Origin: Pyrobaculum aerophilum str. IM2
GTDB taxonomy: Archaea; Thermoproteota; Thermoprotei; Thermoproteales; Thermoproteaceae
Length of the DNA: 32,000 nt
Reading direction: 5' to 3'
Assembly: GCF_000007225.1 (NCBI RefSeq)
Contig: NC_003364.1
Coordinates: forward strand, 480,001 to 512,000
How positions within the stretch are numbered: the first letter of the stretch is position 1; the number at the start of each line of letters is the position of its first letter. The position numbers and the translations under genes were made by a program. This document shows positions 7,969-16,680 of this stretch, piece by piece. Under the pieces are notes generated by a model. It saw nothing but the letters and a program-made list of their open reading frames with translations, was not told the origin of the DNA and searched no databases.

Positions 7969-8295
7969 CGGGAAGGTCTGCGGGCGCCTCGCCGGTGAGG
8001 CATGAAAGCCGCGAGACGGAGGACGGCGCCAGCGCCTGTCTCAACTGCGGGTTCGCTGATTTTTGAGCCAGCACAACGCCCGCGCCTCGCCCTGTCGATG
8101 CGGGGGGCGTTGCCGCCTCTCCGCTCATCCGCTGTTAGATATAGCGGAGTAGATATGTATCACTGCGCCGGAGGTTTGTAAACGGCCAGGAGCAGAGGGC
8201 TTGCTGGAGTAGGCGTTGGGGATGGCCGCGGCTTTCCCTCTTTACAGACACCACAGCACTATACTTTACAAACTCCCCGGGGGCGATCCAGAGTA

Positions 8296-8320
8296 GTTGT
8301 TTAAAAACATTAAAATTTAG
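8296..8320 (+). promoter_or_regulatory. A/T-rich promoter-like block upstream of the giant ORF
   Basis: 'ttgtttaaaaacattaaaatttag' is the only A/T-rich stretch in an otherwise G+C-rich region. TTTAAAAA (8300-8307) matches the boxes upstream of the tRNA genes. Its spacing to ATG 8323 (16 nt) is shorter than I would expect. Confidence 0.4.
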
Positions 8321-8322
8321 TT

Positions 8323-11300
8323 ATGGAGGATTGGAAAAGTCGTTTTAAACCAACGGCGGGCCACCACTGGGAGCCCCGTTGGGAGCCACGCGGCGAGACT
8401 CCCCGTTGGGAGCCGCGGTGGGAGCCCCACTTCTCCCCGCAGCCAGAGCCCAGGGAAGAACCCCGGTGGGCTCCCCAGTGGGAGCCCCAGCGGGGGCCCT
8501 CCGGCGGGGAGGCCTGGGGGCCTTCGGGAGGGGACTGGAAGCCGCGGTGGGAGCCTCCCCAGCACTACTCCGGGGAGAGCAACTGGCACGGCGGCTACTG
8601 GGGGCCGGCGGAGCTCCGCGAGCAAAGACCCCAGCCGCTTAATTTTGACTTCATCCAGCCGGCCTGGGAGGGCCCCGGGGAGGGGCGCTGGGCGGGAGAA
8701 TCTCCAGCGCCCGGGCCGCGCGAGGCCTTAACTAGGGCGGAGCGCCTGGCCCCCGCGCCGCCTCCCGGGCCTTGGGAGTCAACGCAGCTTTTAGAGGCCG
8801 GCGCCGAGCCCTCTAAACTGCCCGGCCTCTGGGAGGCTGGGCAAAGCCCCGGCGCTGGCCTTACAGCCGCCGAGGGGACGCCGGGGGGTTTCACACAGCC
8901 CGCGGAAAGGCGGGCGGGGGCGGCGGAGCTCCCAGAGGGCAACGCGGCCGGGCGCGTGGAAAAGCCGCCGGACGCATGGGCGGCCGGAGGCGCGGCGCTT
9001 AGCGAAGGCCCTGAGCCGCGGGTGGGCGACGCGGCGCTTGGAGAGGCAGGCGCAGAGGCTTGGAGGGCTCCTGGAGGGACGCACGCCCACGGCCCCGCCC
9101 AGCCGCACGTGGAGTCTGAAAGCCGCCCCTACGGGCGGCCGCCCGCCGAGACCGGGGAGTCGGCGGGCGCTGGCGGCACGCCAAAGCCCTCCGGAGGGCC
9201 GCCGGAGTTTGAGAGGGCAGTTGCGCTTAAGCCTGCGGTGGAGGCGGCGGGCGACTGGCCGCGCGGCGAGGCGGAGGCCAGAAGCGTAGAGCCCGCGGGG
9301 CCTCCCCCGGCCGTCTGGCAGATACGCGAGGCACAGCCAGCGCCTTCTCAGCAACCGCCCAGTGCAGAAGGCGTAACTCCCGCAGAGCCCCATTCCGGGC
9401 GGGAGGACGGCGTAATCCGCGCCTACCTCCAGCCCACCGTTGCGCCACACGCAGAGTCTCCTCATCCCGTCGCTGAGGCTGGAGAGGCCCTCCGCGGTCA
9501 GCACAGAGCCGAGGCGTTGCCTCCCGCCGGGCCGCACGCAGGGGATCTGCCAAAAGCCTCCTTAGAGGCGCCCAGACCCCATGGAGCTGTCTACAAAGAG
9601 CCAGAGGCTCTCCCCGCGAGAGAAGCCGCGCCGGAGATCCAGCGCGGCGAGGCGGCCAGGCCGGAGGTCCAGCGCGATATTATTGAGGCCAAGGCTCAGC
9701 GCGGCGTTGAGGCAACTGGAGAAGCCGGCAGCCCAGCTGGCCTCCACGAGGCCGCCCGGTTAGAATACGCTAAGTCAGCACTCCAGCCGCCAGCCGCGGG
9801 AGGCCTCCAGGAGATCCGCGCAGTTGAGGCGGAGAGGGGGATCCCCCAGGAGTGGAGGGCAGAGATTCCATCCCCAGCCGGAGCAGGGCAGTTGGAGGCG
9901 GCTGGCGCCCACAGCGCCGGGGCGGAGCGCCTAGCCGAGGTCTTGAGGGAGGGCTGGGGAGGGGCGGAGCCGGTTGCGGGAGCCCCCGCGGCCGGCCGGG
10001 TGTTGCCGGTCTTAGAGGGGGCCGTGAGGCCGGCGGAGCTGGCTGGAGTTGAGGCGCCGCGCCTGGTAGAGGCCGAAGCTCCGGCGTATATAGAGCCGGC
10101 CAGAGGAGCGGCTGGGGAGCTTAGGTCAGAAATGGCTAGGTTTAGAGAGGCGGTTGAGGCCTATTTAAAAGGGGCTCTGGACCAGGACTTGTTAAAGGCT
10201 GAGATGGCCAAGGCGTGGGAGGCTTGGGATGAGGCGTTGCGCAAATCGCCGGCCGCGGCCTCCGGCGACCCGGTGCTGGCGGTGTTGGCAGAGGCCTTTA
10301 GAGAGAGGGTGGAGAGGGCGAGGGGGGATAGGGAGGCAGTCGCCGAGCTGGCCAAACTCGCCGAGCTCATGCGGCTCTGGCCTCCGGAGGCCGTGGCCGA
10401 CGCCTTTCGCCACGGGGCAGAGGTCCTTACGGCGGCTGAGGCCGCGGGGTTGAGCGCAGTAGAGCCCTCCCGCGCGGCGGAGCGGGCAGAGGTGGAGGCG
10501 GGGCGTGGGGGAGCCGCCGGGGGACTGGCGGGGGCGGGGAGGCCTCTTCAAATTACTCCGGAGTTGCGCGAGGCCGCTGAGGGGAGGCTTGCTGGGCGGC
10601 GGGCTGTGGGCCGGGGCGCAGTCCGCCCGCCCGCCGCCTTCCGTTTTGAGGCAACCCCTGAGAGAGTGGCCGCGGCTTTGGGAGAGGCCCCCGCGGGCGC
10701 TTACGTGTTGGCGGCCATGGGGAGGGAGCTGGCCGAGGCCGTGGGTAAGAGGCTGGCAGCGCTGAGGGAGGGAGTGTGGAGTCTGTTAGTGGACATAGCG
10801 CCCTACTCCCCGGCGAAGCTCCCCGTGGGGCCTCCCGGCATATTCCACGTCCCCTATAAGAGCCAGCTGGCGGGCTACAGCGACGTGGCCGAGTTTTACA
10901 AAAGCCCGGCAGGCTCCAGGCACTTGGCCCTGGCTGAGGCGCTGGCCCACTTGGCGGCGCACGCCGCCTTGGAGAGGCTGGCCTATAAGCTAGAGGGGAT
11001 CGCGGCGTATATAATCTCCGCGAGGGCGGCGCTGGAGTTGAAGAGGGCCGCGGAGGCGGCCGCCAGGGCTGGGGCGCATTACGCAGAGGTGACGAAAATA
11101 AGCGCCGAGGAGCAGTACAGAGAGGCTGTGCGGAAGGCGGCAGGGGCCTTGCCCGCGGCAGGCCGGCGCGCGGCAGCGGAGCTGGCCGAGGAGCTGGCCA
11201 AACAAATAGGCGGGGCCGCCCGCCTGCTGAAGGCCGGGAGGGACTTGGAAAAGGCCTTGGAGAAAGTGGTAGAGGCCTTGAGGCTGGAGCGCCTCTATGA

Positions 11301-14300
11301 AATACACGGGGACAAGAGGCTTTTACAGGCGGCTTGGGCGCGCGCGGTGTATAAGGCGCTGACGGAGGGTCTGAGGGCCCCTCCCATCAGCGCTCTGGAC
11401 CTCCCAGCCGGGCGCCCGGCGGATCCCGTGGAGGGGGCCGTGGCCTCTGCGGCCAGGCGCTGGCTCGCCGAGAGAGTCGCGGCCCTCAAGGCGGCCGCCA
11501 GGCTCTCCAGCCCCGAGTCAGCCCCGCCCTCCCTCAGGCATTTGGCGAGGGGGCTAGGCGACTTCAAGGCCGAGGCCAGGCGTTTTGTGGAGGAGGCCAA
11601 AAGGGCCGCCGCCTTCTCCCCGGCCGTCAAGGCGGAGCTACTCTCAGCGGCTAAGAGGCTCGCCGCCGCTAGCGGCGTGGAGAAGTACGCTGGGGTTAAG
11701 CTGTTGCAAGAACTGGGGAGAGTCCAGCCGGGCGGTGCCGACTTCTACTCCCTGCCCAAGAGGCTGAGGGAGCTCTCGGGCCTATCCGAGGGCGACTTGA
11801 TTAAAGCCGGCTACTTCGACGAGGCGCTGAGGGCAGTTTACAGCTCGTTGCGCCTGCCGTTTAAGAGGGAGGACCCCAGGCGCGTCGCCGAGGCCCTGGC
11901 CGGGAGGGCCGCGGCGGTGGCCAAAAAGCTAGGCGTAGACCCCTCCCCTCTGTTAAAAGCGCTGGGAGAGCTGAAGGAGGCCTCCGTTGGGGAGGCCCCC
12001 GCCAGAGCCGCGGGGGCGGGGGAGGCGCTGGTCAAATTCGCCGCAGAGGCGGTGAGGGCGCTCGCAGAGAGGAGGGGCGTTAACGGCGGAGACGCCCTAT
12101 ACGCCCTGGCCAGAGCCGTGGCGAGAGGGCTGGGCGCCGGGAGGGAGCTGGCGGCAGAGGCGGTGGCGGAGCTGGTCAAGAGGGGCTCTCCGCTAGCCGC
12201 GAGGAGCGCTAAGACCGCCGAGGCCCTCTCAGGGAGGCTTTTGGCAATACCGGCTGAGGGCTATGCGGAGGGGAGGAGGACTTTTATATACATCTTGCTA
12301 CACCCCTCTCAGCTGGGACAGTTGAAAGAGGTCTTGGACAGAGTGGCCGCGGAGCTGGCCTTTAAGGGATACGCCGCCGCCCCGCGGCCGGCTGAAGCGG
12401 CGTTGTTACTGCCGGAGGTAGAGCTGAGGAGAGGCCTGGTCTACTTAAGGGGAAATCCCTTCGGCGAGTTGAAGAGACTGGCCGAGGCCTTGGTGAGGGA
12501 TGCCGGAAGAGGGGAGGCCGCCGCCTCTGTTGAGAGGCTACGCAGATACGCCCTATATCTGGCGAAGAGGTATGGCCTTGATTACAGCCCGCTTGAGGCC
12601 GGGAGGGAAGAGGCGGCTATTGGCTTCGCGGCAGTGAGGGAGGCGGTGGGGGCTCTTAAGCGCAGGGGCCGCTGGGGTATTTCCCTCAGCATCCCCCTAG
12701 AGCTTATGGAGGGGGCGGCGCTGGCCCTGGGGGTGGAGAGGGACGAGGTAATTGACGTGGAGAGAGCCCTCTACTGGATTTCAAGCTCTGAGCTGGTGCC
12801 CCCATTCGCCTCTAAGAGGGCCTACGCCGCCGCCGTTAGGCTATACGCCGAAATAGCCGGGGTGAGCGAGGGGGAGGTCTGGGAGCATGTGTACGAGCGG
12901 CTGTCCAACACCCTCGGCCCCCATTACATTAGAGAGCTGGAGAAATTCGCCAGGGAGAAGCTTGTGGAGGCATGGAGGCTGGGCGCCGCTGGCAGAAAGG
13001 CGGGGGCGCCCGGCGGGGCCGTGGACAACGCCCTCGGCCGGGCTGCAGGCCCGCCCCCGGCCTCAAACGCTGGGGCTACCGGCGGCCTTATCCCCCCTGG
13101 GGAGAGGGAGGTGGGCGCCGCTTTGTGGCTGGCGAGGTTTTTCGGGGGGCTTGAGGCGGCTAATTACACAGAGGTGAGCCGCGGGCTTGACGGAGCCGCT
13201 GAGCGAGTGCTTGAGGAAGTCAAGGCGAGGGCGCGGGGGGCGTGGTACTGGGAGGCGGCCGCTGAGGCGGCGAGGAGAGTGGTTGAGGTTTTGGCCACGG
13301 CGGCTAGGTCTAGGGCGGCTTTGGAATACGCCTATTTGGCTCTCATTGGCGGGCGGCATGACGGCGATGTCCTATACGGCGAGTACCTCAGGCGCGCCCC
13401 TGAGGAGGCCAGGGGGCTCGTGCTGGAGGCAGGCATTAAATTCGCCCAGCTGGCCAGAGGTATCTGGGAGAGGGCGGAGAGGGCCTTAGGCGAAGTGGAG
13501 GAGGGGCTTGGCCGCGTTGGCGATTTGCGCGACGCGATTTCAACGGTAGCGCAACCCATGGCGGCCGCAATCGCCTACGCAGAGGCCGGACGTTTTAAAG
13601 AGGCAGTTGAGGCGGCGAGGGAGGCAGCCCGGCGTATATACGAGGCGGCCCGGGAGGCCTTTGAAAAAGCCAAGATAACGCTAGAGCGCATATACGAAAT
13701 AATAGTAGAGGCAGTGGCGAGAGTCCTTGACTACATAAAAGCGCATTGGTTTATACTGGCCGCCGCGGCGGCCGGGCTAATCGGCTGGGCCTTTGCACAG
13801 CAATTGGACTACACGCTTTGGCAAGACCACGTGGCGAAATTCGCGCCGCTGATAGCAGGAGTACCAGCATTTAAGGAGTTCAAGACAGCCCTAAGCGACA
13901 GCGACCCCGTGCTCAAGGCGGCTGAGGAGGCGTTAAAGCACATGTCTGAAGACGCGGTTAAGAGGCTGTTTGAAGAGGCCAAAAGGGCTGTGGGACAGAG
14001 CTCAAAGCCGTGGTCTGATTTGAGGAAGGTAGCTAGGGATGTGGAAAGGTACGGCAAAGAGGGCGTTAGGCCGGAGCACGCCGCTGTGGCGTGGGTCCTC
14101 CTTGAGGCCGGGCTGAGGGAGCTGGGCGATGTGAGAGACAAGGCGCTGTCGGCGCTTAGAGAGGCGGAGGAGAAATTGTCAAGGGGCGAGGAGGTAGAAA
14201 TGTCAACAAAAGAGCTGTCGGAATTTGTGAGAAGGGCGCGGGACGTGGCGCACCGCCTTGAGCTGTTGTTTGAAGATCTTGTGAAAAACGTTGAAAAGCA

Positions 14301-16680
14301 CAGCGAAAAGGAGATGAGAAAAGCCCTCGCCGTAACGGAATTGGCCGGGGAGCTGGCTGAGGCGTCTAAAGCTGACTTCGGCGAGCTAGGCGGCGCCACT
14401 CTCGCCGACAAGGTCGTCGCGTTTTTTGAAAGCCTGGCAGAGGGCACGGCGTGGAGCCGCGTTGTGATAAACGCCGCGGAAAGGGGAGAGGCGTACGGGG
14501 CGTTAATCAGAACGCCGAGAGGCGCATTAGACAAATACGGCGCGGGCAGGGAAAAGGCAAAGGGCGAGGAGGGGCGGTTAGGCGCTGTTATCTCCCGTCT
14601 CGCCTACTGGCTCGCCGAGAGAGGCGTTGACAAGGCCGTGGTTAGGCGCGAAGGCGATAAGGTGGAAGTCGTGGTAGACGACGAGACTGTGGCGGAAGTA
14701 AGGATTAGGGCGATCAAGATGGAAGATGAGAGGGAAAGCGTTATCTTCAATGCGTGGGGCAAGTGGGTAGAGGAGGAGGGCAAAAAGGCCGCGGAGCTTG
14801 CGGCGAAAATAGAGCCTAGCAAAGCGAAAAAACACCAAATTTACGCACTGTTGGCCACAGACGGAAGCTATGAGGCAGAGGGCGAGGTCAATGCCAGCAC
14901 CACCTCCGTTCTGCAAGCCGCGTTGTACAGGCGGTTTGGAATGGAGGTGTCACGTACGGAGGGAGGCAATTTGACTGAAGACGGCCTCAAGCCCCAACTA
15001 GCGGCCAAGTTCTACAAGGAGAGCGGCGGGGAGAAGGTGGTGGAAATGATTCGACGCGATTTAGAGGAGGGTTTGAGGACGTTACTGGGTAACGCCAAAC
15101 TAAGGGAGGAGCTTAGAGAAAAGGCGTTGAAGCTCCTCAGCGAGATGAAAATCTCGGTGCAAGGCGCCGACGTTACCGATGAGGGCAGACAGAGGGTAGA
15201 GGAGGCGAGGAGGAAGATTGAGGAGCGTATAAAGAGATTCTTGACGGATCTTCGCCTTGGTGAAAACGGCTCCGTCTGCCTTGTGAATTGCCAATTCGGC
15301 GAGACGGCGCTGACGTATAAGCACGAGCCGTACGCCCGCGTAATTGCGCCGTTAGTGCACTATATTGCCTCAAACGCGCCGGAGGAGGTCATGAGGTTCC
15401 TGGCATATGCAGTGCTTTTCGACGGACACGTGAGGACAGGCGAGATATCCCTCACGCTTGGCAATTTCCGTGTGGCGTCAAGACGCCTCCCGCTTGATGT
15501 TTACGACAAAATCGCTCTGTATATAATCCTCGCCGCGAAATATGGCGTAGGGGTTAATGGAGTGTATGTAAGAGGGCGCGAGATCAGGCTGTATTTCGAC
15601 GCAGAATACGCCACTGGGGTGTTCGCGACGGCGTGGACTGAGCTCTCGCGGCTGTGGAGATTCGGCATGGAGCATGGCCTATACGCCGATCACATTTTTA
15701 ATAAGCTAGATAACATTAGAAGGTACGTGGAGGAGTACGCTAACAAGCTGAGGATTGAATATGAACTTTACAGCCCGCAGGGCGTAGACCCGTGGGTGGA
15801 GGTGAGGTTTAAGGACGATAGGGGAAATGAGATAGCCCACATAAACATTAGGTGGAATGGCGAAAAACTACGCGCCGAATTCACTGGCGCTAAAGAAAAG
15901 GCAGAAAGACTGGCCTCAATACTAAACGCGCTGGGCGCCAGCGTAGAGGCGAAGGAGCTTGGTGGGGAGTGGCGCGTACAGCTTACAACTGACTCCATCA
16001 CCGCAATACGCCGTAAGGAGTGGCTGGAGGCGGTTAAGGCCTTAGTGGAGGAGTTGCACAGAAGGGGAATGGTAAACGAGAGGCAAAGGGATAGATTGCT
16101 GACTGAAATAAACGCCGGGCCCAACGTAGTCGAAATTGCAAACGTGGAGCTCAGCGTTAGGGCGCCGACAACTAACAAATTCAAGCGGCTGGAGATAGTG
16201 TACCAGCCGAGATCTGCAAAAGCCTTTGACGCCGCCGTAAATGCTCTTAGGGACGCTGGCTTTGTTGAGGGAGTACACTTCACGGCAAAAAAGCCGGAAG
16301 GGGGCAAACTTGGCCACGTATACATTAAGTTGCCTGCTGGCCTTTGGCGCCTTGTGGAGCTGAGGAGGCAGGGTGTCGACTGGGCCGACAAGGCGCTTAG
16401 GCGCCTCGAGGAGATTGCAAAGGCGAGAGGTTTCTACGACCTTCTGGAGGAGTACTTAAGGCCGGCTATGGAGGCAGAAACAGTGGACCCGAGAGGGTTA
16501 GTGGCTGAAGATGTCGAGAGAGGAATGAGGGCTGTAGTGAAAGACGTTAAGGCGACGTGGGAGGGCGGTAAGCCTAGAGTTGTGGTGGAGTACGAGGTAG
16601 GCGGGGATGCTAAATCCTTCTTTTTCACTTGGCGCGTAAAAACGGGAGGGGGGGGGGGTTATAGCAGGAGTGAAGCTTAA
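8323..16680 (+). CDS. giant hypothetical protein, 2,785 aa (repeat/low-complexity N-terminal two thirds, one TM-like helix, ordinary-composition C-terminal third)
   Basis: A single frame is uninterrupted for 8.36 kb, including ~3 kb of only moderate G+C where chance ORFs of this length are implausible. No catalytic motif recognised. It may be related to the large 'PaREP2'-type ORFs of Pyrobaculum (memory only). Confidence 0.75.
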   Translation: MEDWKSRFKPTAGHHWEPRWEPRGETPRWEPRWEPHFSPQPEPREEPRWAPQWEPQRGPSGGEAWGPSGGDWKPRWEPPQHYSGESNWHGGYWGPAELREQRPQPLNFDFIQPAWEGPGEGRWAGESPAPGPREALTRAERLAPAPPPGPWESTQLLEAGAEPSKLPGLWEAGQSPGAGLTAAEGTPGGFTQPAERRAGAAELPEGNAAGRVEKPPDAWAAGGAALSEGPEPRVGDAALGEAGAEAWRAPGGTHAHGPAQPHVESESRPYGRPPAETGESAGAGGTPKPSGGPPEFERAVALKPAVEAAGDWPRGEAEARSVEPAGPPPAVWQIREAQPAPSQQPPSAEGVTPAEPHSGREDGVIRAYLQPTVAPHAESPHPVAEAGEALRGQHRAEALPPAGPHAGDLPKASLEAPRPHGAVYKEPEALPAREAAPEIQRGEAARPEVQRDIIEAKAQRGVEATGEAGSPAGLHEAARLEYAKSALQPPAAGGLQEIRAVEAERGIPQEWRAEIPSPAGAGQLEAAGAHSAGAERLAEVLREGWGGAEPVAGAPAAGRVLPVLEGAVRPAELAGVEAPRLVEAEAPAYIEPARGAAGELRSEMARFREAVEAYLKGALDQDLLKAEMAKAWEAWDEALRKSPAAASGDPVLAVLAEAFRERVERARGDREAVAELAKLAELMRLWPPEAVADAFRHGAEVLTAAEAAGLSAVEPSRAAERAEVEAGRGGAAGGLAGAGRPLQITPELREAAEGRLAGRRAVGRGAVRPPAAFRFEATPERVAAALGEAPAGAYVLAAMGRELAEAVGKRLAALREGVWSLLVDIAPYSPAKLPVGPPGIFHVPYKSQLAGYSDVAEFYKSPAGSRHLALAEALAHLAAHAALERLAYKLEGIAAYIISARAALELKRAAEAAARAGAHYAEVTKISAEEQYREAVRKAAGALPAAGRRAAAELAEELAKQIGGAARLLKAGRDLEKALEKVVEALRLERLYEIHGDKRLLQAAWARAVYKALTEGLRAPPISALDLPAGRPADPVEGAVASAARRWLAERVAALKAAARLSSPESAPPSLRHLARGLGDFKAEARRFVEEAKRAAAFSPAVKAELLSAAKRLAAASGVEKYAGVKLLQELGRVQPGGADFYSLPKRLRELSGLSEGDLIKAGYFDEALRAVYSSLRLPFKREDPRRVAEALAGRAAAVAKKLGVDPSPLLKALGELKEASVGEAPARAAGAGEALVKFAAEAVRALAERRGVNGGDALYALARAVARGLGAGRELAAEAVAELVKRGSPLAARSAKTAEALSGRLLAIPAEGYAEGRRTFIYILLHPSQLGQLKEVLDRVAAELAFKGYAAAPRPAEAALLLPEVELRRGLVYLRGNPFGELKRLAEALVRDAGRGEAAASVERLRRYALYLAKRYGLDYSPLEAGREEAAIGFAAVREAVGALKRRGRWGISLSIPLELMEGAALALGVERDEVIDVERALYWISSSELVPPFASKRAYAAAVRLYAEIAGVSEGEVWEHVYERLSNTLGPHYIRELEKFAREKLVEAWRLGAAGRKAGAPGGAVDNALGRAAGPPPASNAGATGGLIPPGEREVGAALWLARFFGGLEAANYTEVSRGLDGAAERVLEEVKARARGAWYWEAAAEAARRVVEVLATAARSRAALEYAYLALIGGRHDGDVLYGEYLRRAPEEARGLVLEAGIKFAQLARGIWERAERALGEVEEGLGRVGDLRDAISTVAQPMAAAIAYAEAGRFKEAVEAAREAARRIYEAAREAFEKAKITLERIYEIIVEAVARVLDYIKAHWFILAAAAAGLIGWAFAQQLDYTLWQDHVAKFAPLIAGVPAFKEFKTALSDSDPVLKAAEEALKHMSEDAVKRLFEEAKRAVGQSSKPWSDLRKVARDVERYGKEGVRPEHAAVAWVLLEAGLRELGDVRDKALSALREAEEKLSRGEEVEMSTKELSEFVRRARDVAHRLELLFEDLVKNVEKHSEKEMRKALAVTELAGELAEASKADFGELGGATLADKVVAFFESLAEGTAWSRVVINAAERGEAYGALIRTPRGALDKYGAGREKAKGEEGRLGAVISRLAYWLAERGVDKAVVRREGDKVEVVVDDETVAEVRIRAIKMEDERESVIFNAWGKWVEEEGKKAAELAAKIEPSKAKKHQIYALLATDGSYEAEGEVNASTTSVLQAALYRRFGMEVSRTEGGNLTEDGLKPQLAAKFYKESGGEKVVEMIRRDLEEGLRTLLGNAKLREELREKALKLLSEMKISVQGADVTDEGRQRVEEARRKIEERIKRFLTDLRLGENGSVCLVNCQFGETALTYKHEPYARVIAPLVHYIASNAPEEVMRFLAYAVLFDGHVRTGEISLTLGNFRVASRRLPLDVYDKIALYIILAAKYGVGVNGVYVRGREIRLYFDAEYATGVFATAWTELSRLWRFGMEHGLYADHIFNKLDNIRRYVEEYANKLRIEYELYSPQGVDPWVEVRFKDDRGNEIAHINIRWNGEKLRAEFTGAKEKAERLASILNALGASVEAKELGGEWRVQLTTDSITAIRRKEWLEAVKALVEELHRRGMVNERQRDRLLTEINAGPNVVEIANVELSVRAPTTNKFKRLEIVYQPRSAKAFDAAVNALRDAGFVEGVHFTAKKPEGGKLGHVYIKLPAGLWRLVELRRQGVDWADKALRRLEEIAKARGFYDLLEEYLRPAMEAETVDPRGLVAEDVERGMRAVVKDVKATWEGGKPRVVVEYEVGGDAKSFFFTWRVKTGGGGGYSRSEA
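8368..8560 (+). repeat. imperfect 12-nt tandem repeats TGGGAGCCNCGN encoding W-E-P-R units
   Basis: tgggagccccgt / tgggagccacgc / tgggagccgcgg / tgggagccccac / tgggctccccag / tgggagccccag / tggaagccgcgg / tgggagcctccc. The protein reads HHWEPRWEPRGETPRWEPRWEPH...WAPQWEPQ...WKPRWEPP. Confidence 0.85.
16648..16658 (+). repeat. G11 homopolymer at the 3' end of the giant ORF
   Basis: 11 consecutive G by direct count. The longest other G/C run I noticed in the window is 7 (31134-31140). Confidence 0.95.

Noticed and set aside
7805-8128. 107-aa minus-strand ORF overlapping tRNA-Glu and the left direct repeat.
   Set aside because: It runs antisense through a well-folding tRNA gene and G+C-rich non-coding DNA, and its composition is Pro/Gly/Ala-rich noise.
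7969-8322. Looked for integrase fragments (SSV-type split int) or any recombinase ORF next to the repeats, including a 57-codon Arg-rich ORF at 8002-8175.
   Set aside because: I could not recognise a tyrosine-recombinase motif (R..H..R..Y context). The short ORF is Arg/Ala/Pro noise. The absence is reported but cannot be proven without a search.
8317-13559. Many long ORFs in the other five frames across the G+C-rich zone (e.g. 8791-9537 -, 8595-8942 -, 10192-10551 -, 11295-11630 -, 11838-12179 -, 8379-8642 +).
   Set aside because: They are Arg/Pro/Gly/Ala-rich shadows of the 8.36-kb frame, as expected when stop codons are rare at ~75% G+C. None has a promoter-like A/T box or its own start context.
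13809-16391. Antisense ORFs 13809-14534 (241 aa) and 15768-16391 (207 aa) opposite the C-terminal third of the giant ORF.
   Set aside because: Their extreme Ser/Leu/Ala richness is the typical antisense image of a Glu/Ala/Lys-rich coding strand, and they carry no motifs.
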